Positions 35,799-43,653 of a stretch of DNA of 64,000 nt are shown here, piece by piece (positions within the stretch are counted from its first letter, which is position 1; the number at the start of each line of letters is the position of its first letter). The DNA comes from Halobacteriovoraceae bacterium (lineage in GTDB: Bacteria > Bdellovibrionota > Bacteriovoracia > Bacteriovoracales > Bacteriovoracaceae), in contig PAVS01000017.1 of assembly GCA_002713145.1 (NCBI GenBank), positions 3,824 to 67,823 on the forward strand. The letters are read 5' to 3'. The position numbers and the translations under genes are program-made. Under the pieces are notes generated by a model. The model was not told the origin of the DNA. It ran no database searches and was given only the letters and a program-made list of their open reading frames with translations.

Positions 35799-37658
35799 TT
35801 AAGAGAAAATAACAAAAGTTAAAAATGAAAATACATACGCCATGGCCAGAGTATAAGCCCCAAACACCAGCGGCATTTTGTAGCTATTGGTTTCTTTTTT
35901 AAGGACTCCAAACGTAGCGATACATTGGGGAGCAAAAACAAACCACATGAGTAGCGCCAGCAATGTCGCGAGAGAATAATTTTTATTTAAAGTTGAGGTC
36001 AAGCTGGCGAGAAAACTCTCAGACTCAGTGTCCTCCCCCTCAACAGCATAGACTGTTCCCATGGAAGCCACCAGTACTTCTCTGGCAGCAAAACTTGGGA
36101 TAAGGGCGGTGGTAATCTTCCAATCAAAGCCAAGGGGTCTAAAAAGTGGCTCAAAAGTCTTGCCCACTTGGGCAGCATAAGAATAATTGATATCAGGTTC
36201 ACTGGCATTTTCTGGAGCCCCAGGAAAAGTCACCAGCCCCCAAATTATAATAGAAAGAAGAAAAATAACTGTTCCCGCTTTTTTGACAAATATCCATCCC
36301 TTTTGCAGCGCCCCTCTTAAAACAGTCCACACTTTGGGCACGCGATAGGCAGGGAGCTCCATCATCAAATAACTAGGAGAAGTAGGAAGAAATGTTTTCT
36401 TTGCAAAAAAAGCCACTCCAAAAGCCCCTAGAATCCCAAACAAATAAAGACCAAACAGAACTAATCCAGGAAGCTGTAAAAAACCTAGAACAGTAATATT
36501 GGGAATAATCGCTGCAATTAATAAGGTGTAGACAGGTAATCTCGCTGAGCAAGTTGTCAGGGGAGAGATCATCATAGTGATCAATCGCTGAGTTGGGTTT
36601 TCAATAATCCTAGCTGACATAATCCCCGGAATCGCACAGGCATGAGATGAAAGCAGAGGCACAACTGCTTTGCCAGGTAGCCCCAGTCGTCTCATGGTAA
36701 AGTCCAATAAAAAGGCAGCTCGTCCCAAGTAGCCAAAATCTTCTAAAAAATAAATAATGATAAAAAGAAAGATAATATGGGGAAGAAAGACCAGAATCCC
36801 TCCAACACCCGCGATAATTCCATCTACAACTAAACTTTGTAAGTATCCTGCCGGAAGCAAAAGAATCGCTTGAGCTCCTAGCCATTCAAATCCCATCTCT
36901 ATCATTCCCATGAAGGGATCAGACCAAGCAAATAATAATTGAAAGATGACCACAAGAATAGAGAGTAAAAGGATGGGGCCTAAAATAGGATGAAGAACAA
37001 ATGAATCTAATTTTTCAGTGAAAGTATCCGCTTTTATTTTTGTGAGGATGACTTCATCTAATGTTTGTTCTACCAGACTCAATTTTTCTTTTATATATTC
37101 TCTGGTTTTAATTTTTAATTGATAATCACTAGGAGCCTCAAATTTTTGCTCTTCGATTTTAATCATTTTCTCAACAGAGCTCAAAAGCTGAGAGACCCCC
37201 TCCCCTGCAACGGCCACAGTGGGAACAACGGGAGCGCCTCCTAATTTATTAGAAAGAGCTTCCACATCTAAAACTTGGCCTCTTTGGCTTGCGATATCCA
37301 TCATATTAAGGGCCACGACAAATTTCTTACCTAGCTCTTTGAGTTGAAAAGCCAGATACAATGATTTTTTAATATTTGTGGCATCCATAACTAAAACATA
37401 CACATCTGCGGCGTTGGCTTGAGTTTTATTGAAAATATAATCTCGCGTGATTTTTTCATCTAAAGTTGATGCATCGAGGGTGTAGACTCCAGGTAGATCG
37501 ATCACTTCCATATTTTGATTATTAAAAGTGAGCTCCCCTAGTTTTTTTTCCACCGTGATACCTGGGAAATTAGCCACTCTCTGTCTATTTCCAGTTAATG
37601 TATTGAAGAGAGAAGACTTTCCAGAATTGGGAAGTCCAACGAGTGCAATTAATGACAT
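35799..37658 (-). CDS. feoB: Ferrous iron transporter FeoB
   Basis: The N-terminal G-domain has GLPNSGKSSLFN, DLPGVY and NMMD, followed by a large polytopic permease domain. It overlaps feoA by 10 nt. Confidence 0.9.
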   Translation of the reverse strand: MSLIALVGLPNSGKSSLFNTLTGNRQRVANFPGITVEKKLGELTFNNQNMEVIDLPGVYTLDASTLDEKITRDYIFNKTQANAADVYVLVMDATNIKKSLYLAFQLKELGKKFVVALNMMDIASQRGQVLDVEALSNKLGGAPVVPTVAVAGEGVSQLLSSVEKMIKIEEQKFEAPSDYQLKIKTREYIKEKLSLVEQTLDEVILTKIKADTFTEKLDSFVLHPILGPILLLSILVVIFQLLFAWSDPFMGMIEMGFEWLGAQAILLLPAGYLQSLVVDGIIAGVGGILVFLPHIIFLFIIIYFLEDFGYLGRAAFLLDFTMRRLGLPGKAVVPLLSSHACAIPGIMSARIIENPTQRLITMMISPLTTCSARLPVYTLLIAAIIPNITVLGFLQLPGLVLFGLYLFGILGAFGVAFFAKKTFLPTSPSYLMMELPAYRVPKVWTVLRGALQKGWIFVKKAGTVIFLLSIIIWGLVTFPGAPENASEPDINYSYAAQVGKTFEPLFRPLGFDWKITTALIPSFAAREVLVASMGTVYAVEGEDTESESFLASLTSTLNKNYSLATLLALLMWFVFAPQCIATFGVLKKETNSYKMPLVFGAYTLAMAYVFSFLTFVIFS

Positions 37659-37897
37659 GGTCCACCATCTTTATTTACGACTTTTATGAGTTGAGCTTCA
37701 GCCTTAGTAAGGGCCACTTGACTGCCCCCCACGCTAAACAGAATGGGATCACCGAACAGTGGGGCTTTTCTGATGAGCTTTATAGGCATACCAGGATAAA
37801 TACCTAATTTGTAGTAACGGGATACAACATCCTCATCCTGAGAGAGAATTCCCTCGATGATATGCTCATCCCCTTTTTTAAGCTGATTAGAAAACAT
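37649..37897 (-). CDS. feoA: FeoA-family small protein
   Basis: 82 aa, with LGIYPGMPIKLIRKAPLFGDPILF typical of the FeoA SH3-like domain. It lies directly upstream of feoB. Confidence 0.8.
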   Translation of the reverse strand: MFSNQLKKGDEHIIEGILSQDEDVVSRYYKLGIYPGMPIKLIRKAPLFGDPILFSVGGSQVALTKAEAQLIKVVNKDGGPCH

Positions 37898-37967
37898 AAG
37901 CCAACCTGTTTGATATATAAAACTTATAGTCGTTATAACGAACAGAGGGGTTAAAGTCCAGCTTAAT

Positions 37968-40310
37968 CTACATTATGGCGTTATTCTCTAGATTTGAGGA
38001 CCTAGAGAGCTGTGAATGATCCTCATGAGCCTGATCCGCTTCACTGATCTGCAAAATATTTTTTTGGAGATTTTGATGAGCGAAATATAAATCTTGCAGC
38101 GAGCTTATAATTTCACTTTCTTGAGAATGAATCATCTCACTCATATTGATTTTTTCAACTCGACTCAGCTCAGATTGAGAGTATTGAACTTGTGAGAGTT
38201 CATACTCATCATTAATTTGGATAATTTTTTCTTGGCCGCTAGATACAATCATATGAGCTTTACTCATTCCTATCTCGAGACCAGAGACCTTACGGTCTAG
38301 TTCTTCACTTTGACTCATTAAAGATTCAAAAGCCCCGGACAATTTATTCATCTGTCCAACTAGCTTTTGTTCCCCTTTGGACTCGATCACTTTTTTCAAC
38401 TGGGTGATCTCAGAAGCGAGTTTAAGTTTAAGCTCAGCTTGAGTTTTTTTACTCGCCTTCATTTCCGCTTTCATTTCATCAAAACTAGGAAGTGAGTTGG
38501 CCATCTCAAGGGTGGTCGAGCGTAAATTTCTCACCTTTGTGGAACTTGCTTTAAGAGCAGCAATATTAGTGCATATAAGTTCACGACTTCTCTCCAAACT
38601 AGACATAAGTGTTTTAGCTGCCTCCGAGAGCCCAATCACATTGGTTTTGAAGTTTTTCAGCGCCACTTTTATAGTAGAGAGTTCAGCCTTACTTGCATCA
38701 TTGGTGGCATAAATAGAATCTACAATTTGGCCTAGCTTATCATACTCAAACTCTTGTCCTTTGAGTTTAGCGATAAGTTCATTTTCACTGTAGTAAATAT
38801 TCTCGTTGAGGGCGATGAATTTTTCATACACATCTTCAATACCTGCAATTTTAAACTCGTATTCCATCTGCTCGTTGGCCACAAAGTCCCCAGCGATAAT
38901 ACTATCAACACTCTTTTTAACTGGATTAAGGATGCTTTTTGATTGGTCTTTGATGGTTTCTTCTAAATTAGTTAAGTCGTAGAAGTAGAGCATGATCTTG
39001 GTTTCGTCATTGACTTGAATAGGCGAGACAAACATTTCATAAGGCCTAGCCTCAATATCATCATTTGCTTTCATCTGAATTTGATAGATTCCGGCAATAT
39101 TATTTTTAAGAGCTTCCATGATAGGGTCATCGCTCCCAATATTTGTGAGTTTGTTAAGATAGTCCCACGACATGTATTCTTTTTTAATTTCTTCTTTGGT
39201 GATTTGCCAATCGTCACAAAATTGAGCATTGGCCCACATCACTTTGAGGTTTTTATCCAACATGATGCTGGCAAAAGGAAGACTCTCTTGAAAGATTTTT
39301 CCAAAGCTCATTCTCTTCGCTATATAGCTGGCCATGCGGTTTGAATAATTTTTAAAATCTTCATTTGAGTCAGCATAGACACTTGCATCACATTCTAAAA
39401 TTCCCAAAGATAAATAGTTCTCAATATCTTGTTCTAATTTTATTTTAGCGGAACGGAAATACCATCTGTTAAATAAAAAACTCATGAAGAATAACACCGT
39501 GACCAACCCTACGATCCCAAGCATTGCCAACATATACGTTTTACCTAATTCTTGATTTTCAATTTTTCCCATGGTGATTTCTGGGGAGACTTTCGCCAGC
39601 CAATTTTGAACGGAGTTTTCAAAACGCGAAAAGCGAGTATCAAAACGATCTCGAGCCTGAGAGAATTTCGAGAGCATGATCATTTCTGTTTTTAAGTTTT
39701 GAATACGGCTCACTATTTCAGCTTTATCCGCACGAGAGAGCACTGAGTTTTCAGTGATTTTTATCATGCTTTCAAACTCGCGCAATACACCTTTTGAAAG
39801 CGCCCCTAATTTTTCTTTATTAATATGGCCTGAAACTTTTGAAAGAATTCTCTCACTCATACGTGTTAAAGTTCTCCACCTATTCTTTTGAACAAATTGG
39901 TGGAACTTTCCGATTTTCCCTCCAAAGATCATAAGCACTTTATCACTTCGAGTGAACCGTATCAGTTTACTTGCTTCACTTTTAAGTTTCTTAGCATTGG
40001 TTTGAACATCTTCAAACTCTTCTACTTCTAATATTTCGTGAACGCTTGAGAGATCAGCAGTGATACGATCAATTTTATCAATCGCTTTTTTAGGAGTCTC
40101 CACATGAATAAGTTCTTGGATATCTTTTAATGAAGTTTCTTTGCCATAGTTTTCTAAAACAAAACTAGCTTTATGTACATTTTGAATTCTTGAGCCATCG
40201 ATAAAACCTGATTTCCAAAAATAGAAAACCGTGCCTAATGTGACCAGTACTAAAAGAACAAAAGCAGTTTGATAAACTTTGGTAAGTCTTGAGAAGAGTC
40301 TTTCAATCAT
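37968..40310 (-). CDS. Two-TM membrane protein with a PAS-like domain and a long C-terminal coiled coil; no recognisable output domain
   Basis: TM helices VLLVLVTLGTVFYFW and LAMLGIVGLVTVLFFMSFLF. A PAS-like block reads FASIMLDKNLKVMWANAQFCDDWQ...MLYFYDLT. The C-terminal ~300 aa is heptad-rich. Confidence 0.55.
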   Translation of the reverse strand: MIERLFSRLTKVYQTAFVLLVLVTLGTVFYFWKSGFIDGSRIQNVHKASFVLENYGKETSLKDIQELIHVETPKKAIDKIDRITADLSSVHEILEVEEFEDVQTNAKKLKSEASKLIRFTRSDKVLMIFGGKIGKFHQFVQKNRWRTLTRMSERILSKVSGHINKEKLGALSKGVLREFESMIKITENSVLSRADKAEIVSRIQNLKTEMIMLSKFSQARDRFDTRFSRFENSVQNWLAKVSPEITMGKIENQELGKTYMLAMLGIVGLVTVLFFMSFLFNRWYFRSAKIKLEQDIENYLSLGILECDASVYADSNEDFKNYSNRMASYIAKRMSFGKIFQESLPFASIMLDKNLKVMWANAQFCDDWQITKEEIKKEYMSWDYLNKLTNIGSDDPIMEALKNNIAGIYQIQMKANDDIEARPYEMFVSPIQVNDETKIMLYFYDLTNLEETIKDQSKSILNPVKKSVDSIIAGDFVANEQMEYEFKIAGIEDVYEKFIALNENIYYSENELIAKLKGQEFEYDKLGQIVDSIYATNDASKAELSTIKVALKNFKTNVIGLSEAAKTLMSSLERSRELICTNIAALKASSTKVRNLRSTTLEMANSLPSFDEMKAEMKASKKTQAELKLKLASEITQLKKVIESKGEQKLVGQMNKLSGAFESLMSQSEELDRKVSGLEIGMSKAHMIVSSGQEKIIQINDEYELSQVQYSQSELSRVEKINMSEMIHSQESEIISSLQDLYFAHQNLQKNILQISEADQAHEDHSQLSRSSNLENNAIM

Positions 40311-40398
40311 CCTAATTCCTCTTAATTTTTACATCCATGTAGATACCCTAAGGTGATCCTAGTTATTATCTAACACTGAGGACGAAATTTAAAGGAAT

Positions 40399-40423
40399 AA
40401 AAAACCCGACTTAAAAGCCGGGT
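40399..40423 (-). terminator. Rho-independent terminator after fliA
   Basis: The minus strand reads ACCCGGC-TTTTAA-GTCGGGT (7-bp stem with one G-U) followed by TTTTTTATT. It starts 6 nt after the fliA stop. Confidence 0.7.
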
Positions 40424-40429
40424 CTTTAA

Positions 40430-41215
40430 CTAGATAGCTATATCTTCGTGTGATTCGAAATCGTTTTTAAGTTTGGCCTTGAGTTTAAGTATGGCCTGTG
40501 TATGAAGTTGAGACACTCTGGATTCAGTCACATCCAGTACCTGACCAATTTCTTTAAGGTTGAGATCTTCAAAGTAATAAAGGGATAAAACTAATCTTTG
40601 TTTCTCAGGTAATGATTTAATACCATCTCTTATGATTGACTGTGCTCTTTTGTAATTCACAGCAGAAAAAGGATTTGACGATCTTCTATGCTCAAGAAGT
40701 CCCATCATAAGCTTTTTGTCTCCACGACTAAATGTCGTTGAGTCGTCAATATTTAATAGAGACACTGACTTAGACTTGTTGATCATTTCATGGAACTCTT
40801 CCATAGAACACTCAAGCTCTGCGCACATCTCATCATCAGTTGCCGGTCTACCGAATTCTCGCTCTAACTTAGCGTAAGCTTTCTCAAGAGTCTTACTCTT
40901 TTCACGAACTGATCTAGGAACCCAATCTTGTGATCTTAGTTCATCAAGAATTGCCCCTCTTATTCTAAACTCAGCATATGTTTTAAATTTATTATCTCTC
41001 GTTGGGTCGAACTTTGAAATGGCATCCATAAGTCCGATAACACCGCATGAAATTAAATCATCAAGCTCAATATTAGCTGGTAATCTAGCCGCAATTTTCT
41101 GAGCAATGAAGCGAACGAGTGGAGCGTACTCAACGATAATCTCGTCCTTAACCTTAGGATCCATAGTACATCTATAATCTTTGAGGTTTTTTAATTTGGC
41201 GGTTAGTGAAGACAT
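40430..41215 (-). CDS. fliA: Flagellar sigma factor FliA (sigma-28)
   Basis: Group-3 sigma-70 family. Region 2 reads YAPLVRFIAQKIA...DLISCGVIGLMDAISKFD, and region 4.2 reads LNLKEIGQVLDVTESRVSQLHTQAILKLK. It is the last gene of the flagellar export operon. Confidence 0.9.
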   Translation of the reverse strand: MSSLTAKLKNLKDYRCTMDPKVKDEIIVEYAPLVRFIAQKIAARLPANIELDDLISCGVIGLMDAISKFDPTRDNKFKTYAEFRIRGAILDELRSQDWVPRSVREKSKTLEKAYAKLEREFGRPATDDEMCAELECSMEEFHEMINKSKSVSLLNIDDSTTFSRGDKKLMMGLLEHRRSSNPFSAVNYKRAQSIIRDGIKSLPEKQRLVLSLYYFEDLNLKEIGQVLDVTESRVSQLHTQAILKLKAKLKNDFESHEDIAI

Positions 41216-41225
41216 GAGCTACTCC

Positions 41226-42128
41226 TTAAGCGTTTAAGTTATTGAACGTCGTGTTCAACTTCTCCAAAGGAAAGATTTCCGTTGGTACAATTGGTCTGCC
41301 TAACTCTTCGGTTAGCCTTCCCACCACTTTAAGAAAGTTTCGCTGTAGGTCATTTTTGCCGGTTGTATCTAAAAAATACTTATCGAATTTGTTTTGAGAG
41401 ATATCAACTCTCTTCACCCCTCCTAGGATGCGTGTACGGCAACCTAAAAAGTTTTCTACTGTTTCACTTAATGTGCTCACTACTTTTTCAAATTGAGCTG
41501 GAGTTCTATATTTATTAACAAGAAGATGGTTTTCTTTAATACCAAATTTTTGTGAAAGTACTTTTATCAGAGAGTAAGAATCTGTAATGCTGGCCTTATC
41601 TGGAGTCACCACGACCACACGGTAATCGCAATAAGCATTTAAAGTCAGTGATTCTCTTTGAATTCCTGCGGGACAATCAAGAAGAATGAAATCATACTCT
41701 CCTTCATGCTCATTGATAATATCAATAATAAATTCTTCCATTCTCATTTCACGGTCAAACATATCAACATTACCGTTACAAGCAGAAAGAAGGTGAAAGT
41801 TTCCATCTTGATATAGGCATTCTTCAAATGATTTTTCGTTGGTTATAAGTGAGTAGAAATTATTAGTCAGGGGAAGATCAAGTTTAATCGAAGTGTTTGA
41901 TAAATTATAATCGCAATCAATCAGAAGCACTTTAGAGCCTTCCGCTGCAAGCTCTTTGGCAAATTTAAGTGAGATAGAAGTTTTTCCTACTCCACCTTTT
42001 CCACCTGTGATTGAAATCGTTGTTGTTTTGTCTTGTTGTTGTTTTCTTTCTGTGAGTAAGTGATGTACTTGTCGCTGGTAACTTGAATTAAACGAAATCA
42101 GCCAATCGCTTGTCTTTGTCATAAACAT
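41226..42128 (-). CDS. flhG: MinD/ParA-type ATPase FlhG (FleN/YlxH)
   Basis: Deviant Walker A GGKGGVGKTS and LLIDCD, positioned between flhF and fliA. No N-terminal DQAxxLR-type activator motif was seen. Confidence 0.8.
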   Translation of the reverse strand: MFMTKTSDWLISFNSSYQRQVHHLLTERKQQQDKTTTISITGGKGGVGKTSISLKFAKELAAEGSKVLLIDCDYNLSNTSIKLDLPLTNNFYSLITNEKSFEECLYQDGNFHLLSACNGNVDMFDREMRMEEFIIDIINEHEGEYDFILLDCPAGIQRESLTLNAYCDYRVVVVTPDKASITDSYSLIKVLSQKFGIKENHLLVNKYRTPAQFEKVVSTLSETVENFLGCRTRILGGVKRVDISQNKFDKYFLDTTGKNDLQRNFLKVVGRLTEELGRPIVPTEIFPLEKLNTTFNNLNA

Positions 42129-42186
42129 CCTGTTTAAAAAGTCTCAACTTCCTGTTAAGACCGCTCATTAAGTTTTCAATATAAAT

Positions 42187-43650
42187 TTAAAGCTGAAACA
42201 ACCCAGCTAGTATTCTTTCACTCGTTGCCGCTTCAACATCATCAGGTACGACAGGACCTGTGCCAAAAAACTTGAGAGGTTGCTTCTTAAACTCATAGCT
42301 TAAGTTAACCAACGAACCAAAATTTAGGCATTGATCTACATATGAAATTATAACACCGTTAGAAAATTGATCATACTTGGAAAGAATTTTACTGTTGTAA
42401 ACTTCCGCATGTATCGCAGAAATAGTGGTAAGGATTTCTACGTTATCAAATGATCTTCTTAGGGTTTCTATAAATTTTTTCGTCTCATCAACTTGAGAAA
42501 AATTTAATCTCAAATCCACGACGACTGATCTTTTTTCAGTCGTGGCTTTCCGAATCTCACTCATCAGATGGGCAAGAGTGGCCACAACACTTACGTCCAT
42601 ATTAAACATGGTTTTTGTAAAATCAGATTTATAATCAGAAGTTGTATCTCTGAACTGAATCATTTTTATGTCATCTTGAATAACAGAGAGCTTGGTCGCC
42701 ATTGAGGCTTGACCGCAAGAAGTTTCTGAAACCAAAACGGTAATGACAGGTGCCCCCTCTTCTTGTACGCGGGAGAAAAGTGGCATATCAACATTGATTT
42801 GCTCATTAATTTCTCTCAGAGCAAAATCATAGAGCATATCCGCATCATCGAGTTCTTCTCTCGTAAACTCAAAAGATGCTTTTTTAATAATCTCAACAAT
42901 AATGGCTTCCTTGAGAGAAAGCGCTCTTAGTGAATTTCTAAGGGATAAAATACCTCTTGGCTCAGAGTGAGCAGGTGATCCTGACACTTTCTGAGTCAGT
43001 TCATATAATTTTTGTTCTAAGAGTTCAATTTGGTGAGATTGAGTTTTGACTTGGTTTTGTAATTCATGAGAAAGCTCATTGGCATTACGAAGCTTGCTCT
43101 CAATTTCAGCTCGCTCTTCGTGATGATTATCTTCCACAGCTTCCACTGGTCTGCGAGGCGACTCCGTTCTTTGAGCAGTTGGTTTTTCCATAAATTCATC
43201 AAAATTTCTTTTAGAAGTATGCTGTGCTTGCTCTTCTTCTACCGCCAAAAAATCATCAAGTGAAGACATTAATTTATGACTTGCTTTTGAAACAGTGTTC
43301 ACCACTTTGTTAAGACCCATATTGCCATATCCACCATGGCCTGGCCCAGATGTTTCTTCTTTGGGCTGAGTGTTTGTAGAATAATTATCGATCATGTGAT
43401 TGATCGTTGTTGAAGGTGCTTGATAAAATTTCTGTCTCTGGTCTTCATTAAGGACATGATCGACCTTAGCTTTTTTCGTATAGTTTTGTTCTGAAATAGC
43501 TGCGGTAATTTCAACTCTCGACTTTTTAAAAGCTCCTTTAAGCCCTTTATTAGTCAATGTTTTTAGAATAATCGCGTCAGGTCCAAGTTCCCTTTTCACC
43601 ATTTGGAGCGCTTCATCTAAACTTTCACCTTCGAATTTTTGTACATACAT
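42187..43650 (-). CDS. flhF: FlhF homologue with substituted GTPase motifs
   Basis: The N-terminus MYVQKFEGESLDEALQMVKRELGPDAIILK is the conserved FlhF B-domain start. The gene lies between flhA and flhG. The G1, G3 and G4 equivalents read SETSCGQAS, DLRLN and SYVD instead of GPTGVGKTT, DTAGR and TKLD. Confidence 0.75.
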   Translation of the reverse strand: MYVQKFEGESLDEALQMVKRELGPDAIILKTLTNKGLKGAFKKSRVEITAAISEQNYTKKAKVDHVLNEDQRQKFYQAPSTTINHMIDNYSTNTQPKEETSGPGHGGYGNMGLNKVVNTVSKASHKLMSSLDDFLAVEEEQAQHTSKRNFDEFMEKPTAQRTESPRRPVEAVEDNHHEERAEIESKLRNANELSHELQNQVKTQSHQIELLEQKLYELTQKVSGSPAHSEPRGILSLRNSLRALSLKEAIIVEIIKKASFEFTREELDDADMLYDFALREINEQINVDMPLFSRVQEEGAPVITVLVSETSCGQASMATKLSVIQDDIKMIQFRDTTSDYKSDFTKTMFNMDVSVVATLAHLMSEIRKATTEKRSVVVDLRLNFSQVDETKKFIETLRRSFDNVEILTTISAIHAEVYNSKILSKYDQFSNGVIISYVDQCLNFGSLVNLSYEFKKQPLKFFGTGPVVPDDVEAATSERILAGLFQL

Positions 43651-43653
43651 TTT

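Noticed and set aside
37925-37945. Possible Fur box upstream of feoA (palindrome GTTATAAC and flanking TTATA repeats)
   Set aside because: The match to the GATAATGATAATCATTATC consensus is poor, and short AT palindromes are expected by chance in AT-rich DNA. The claim is not supportable without a species-specific motif.
37968-40310. Methyl-accepting chemotaxis protein identity for the 780-aa membrane protein
   Set aside because: The topology and coiled coil are MCP-like. However, I could not find the highly conserved MCP signalling hairpin or methylation-site heptads, so it is called only as a PAS/coiled-coil protein.
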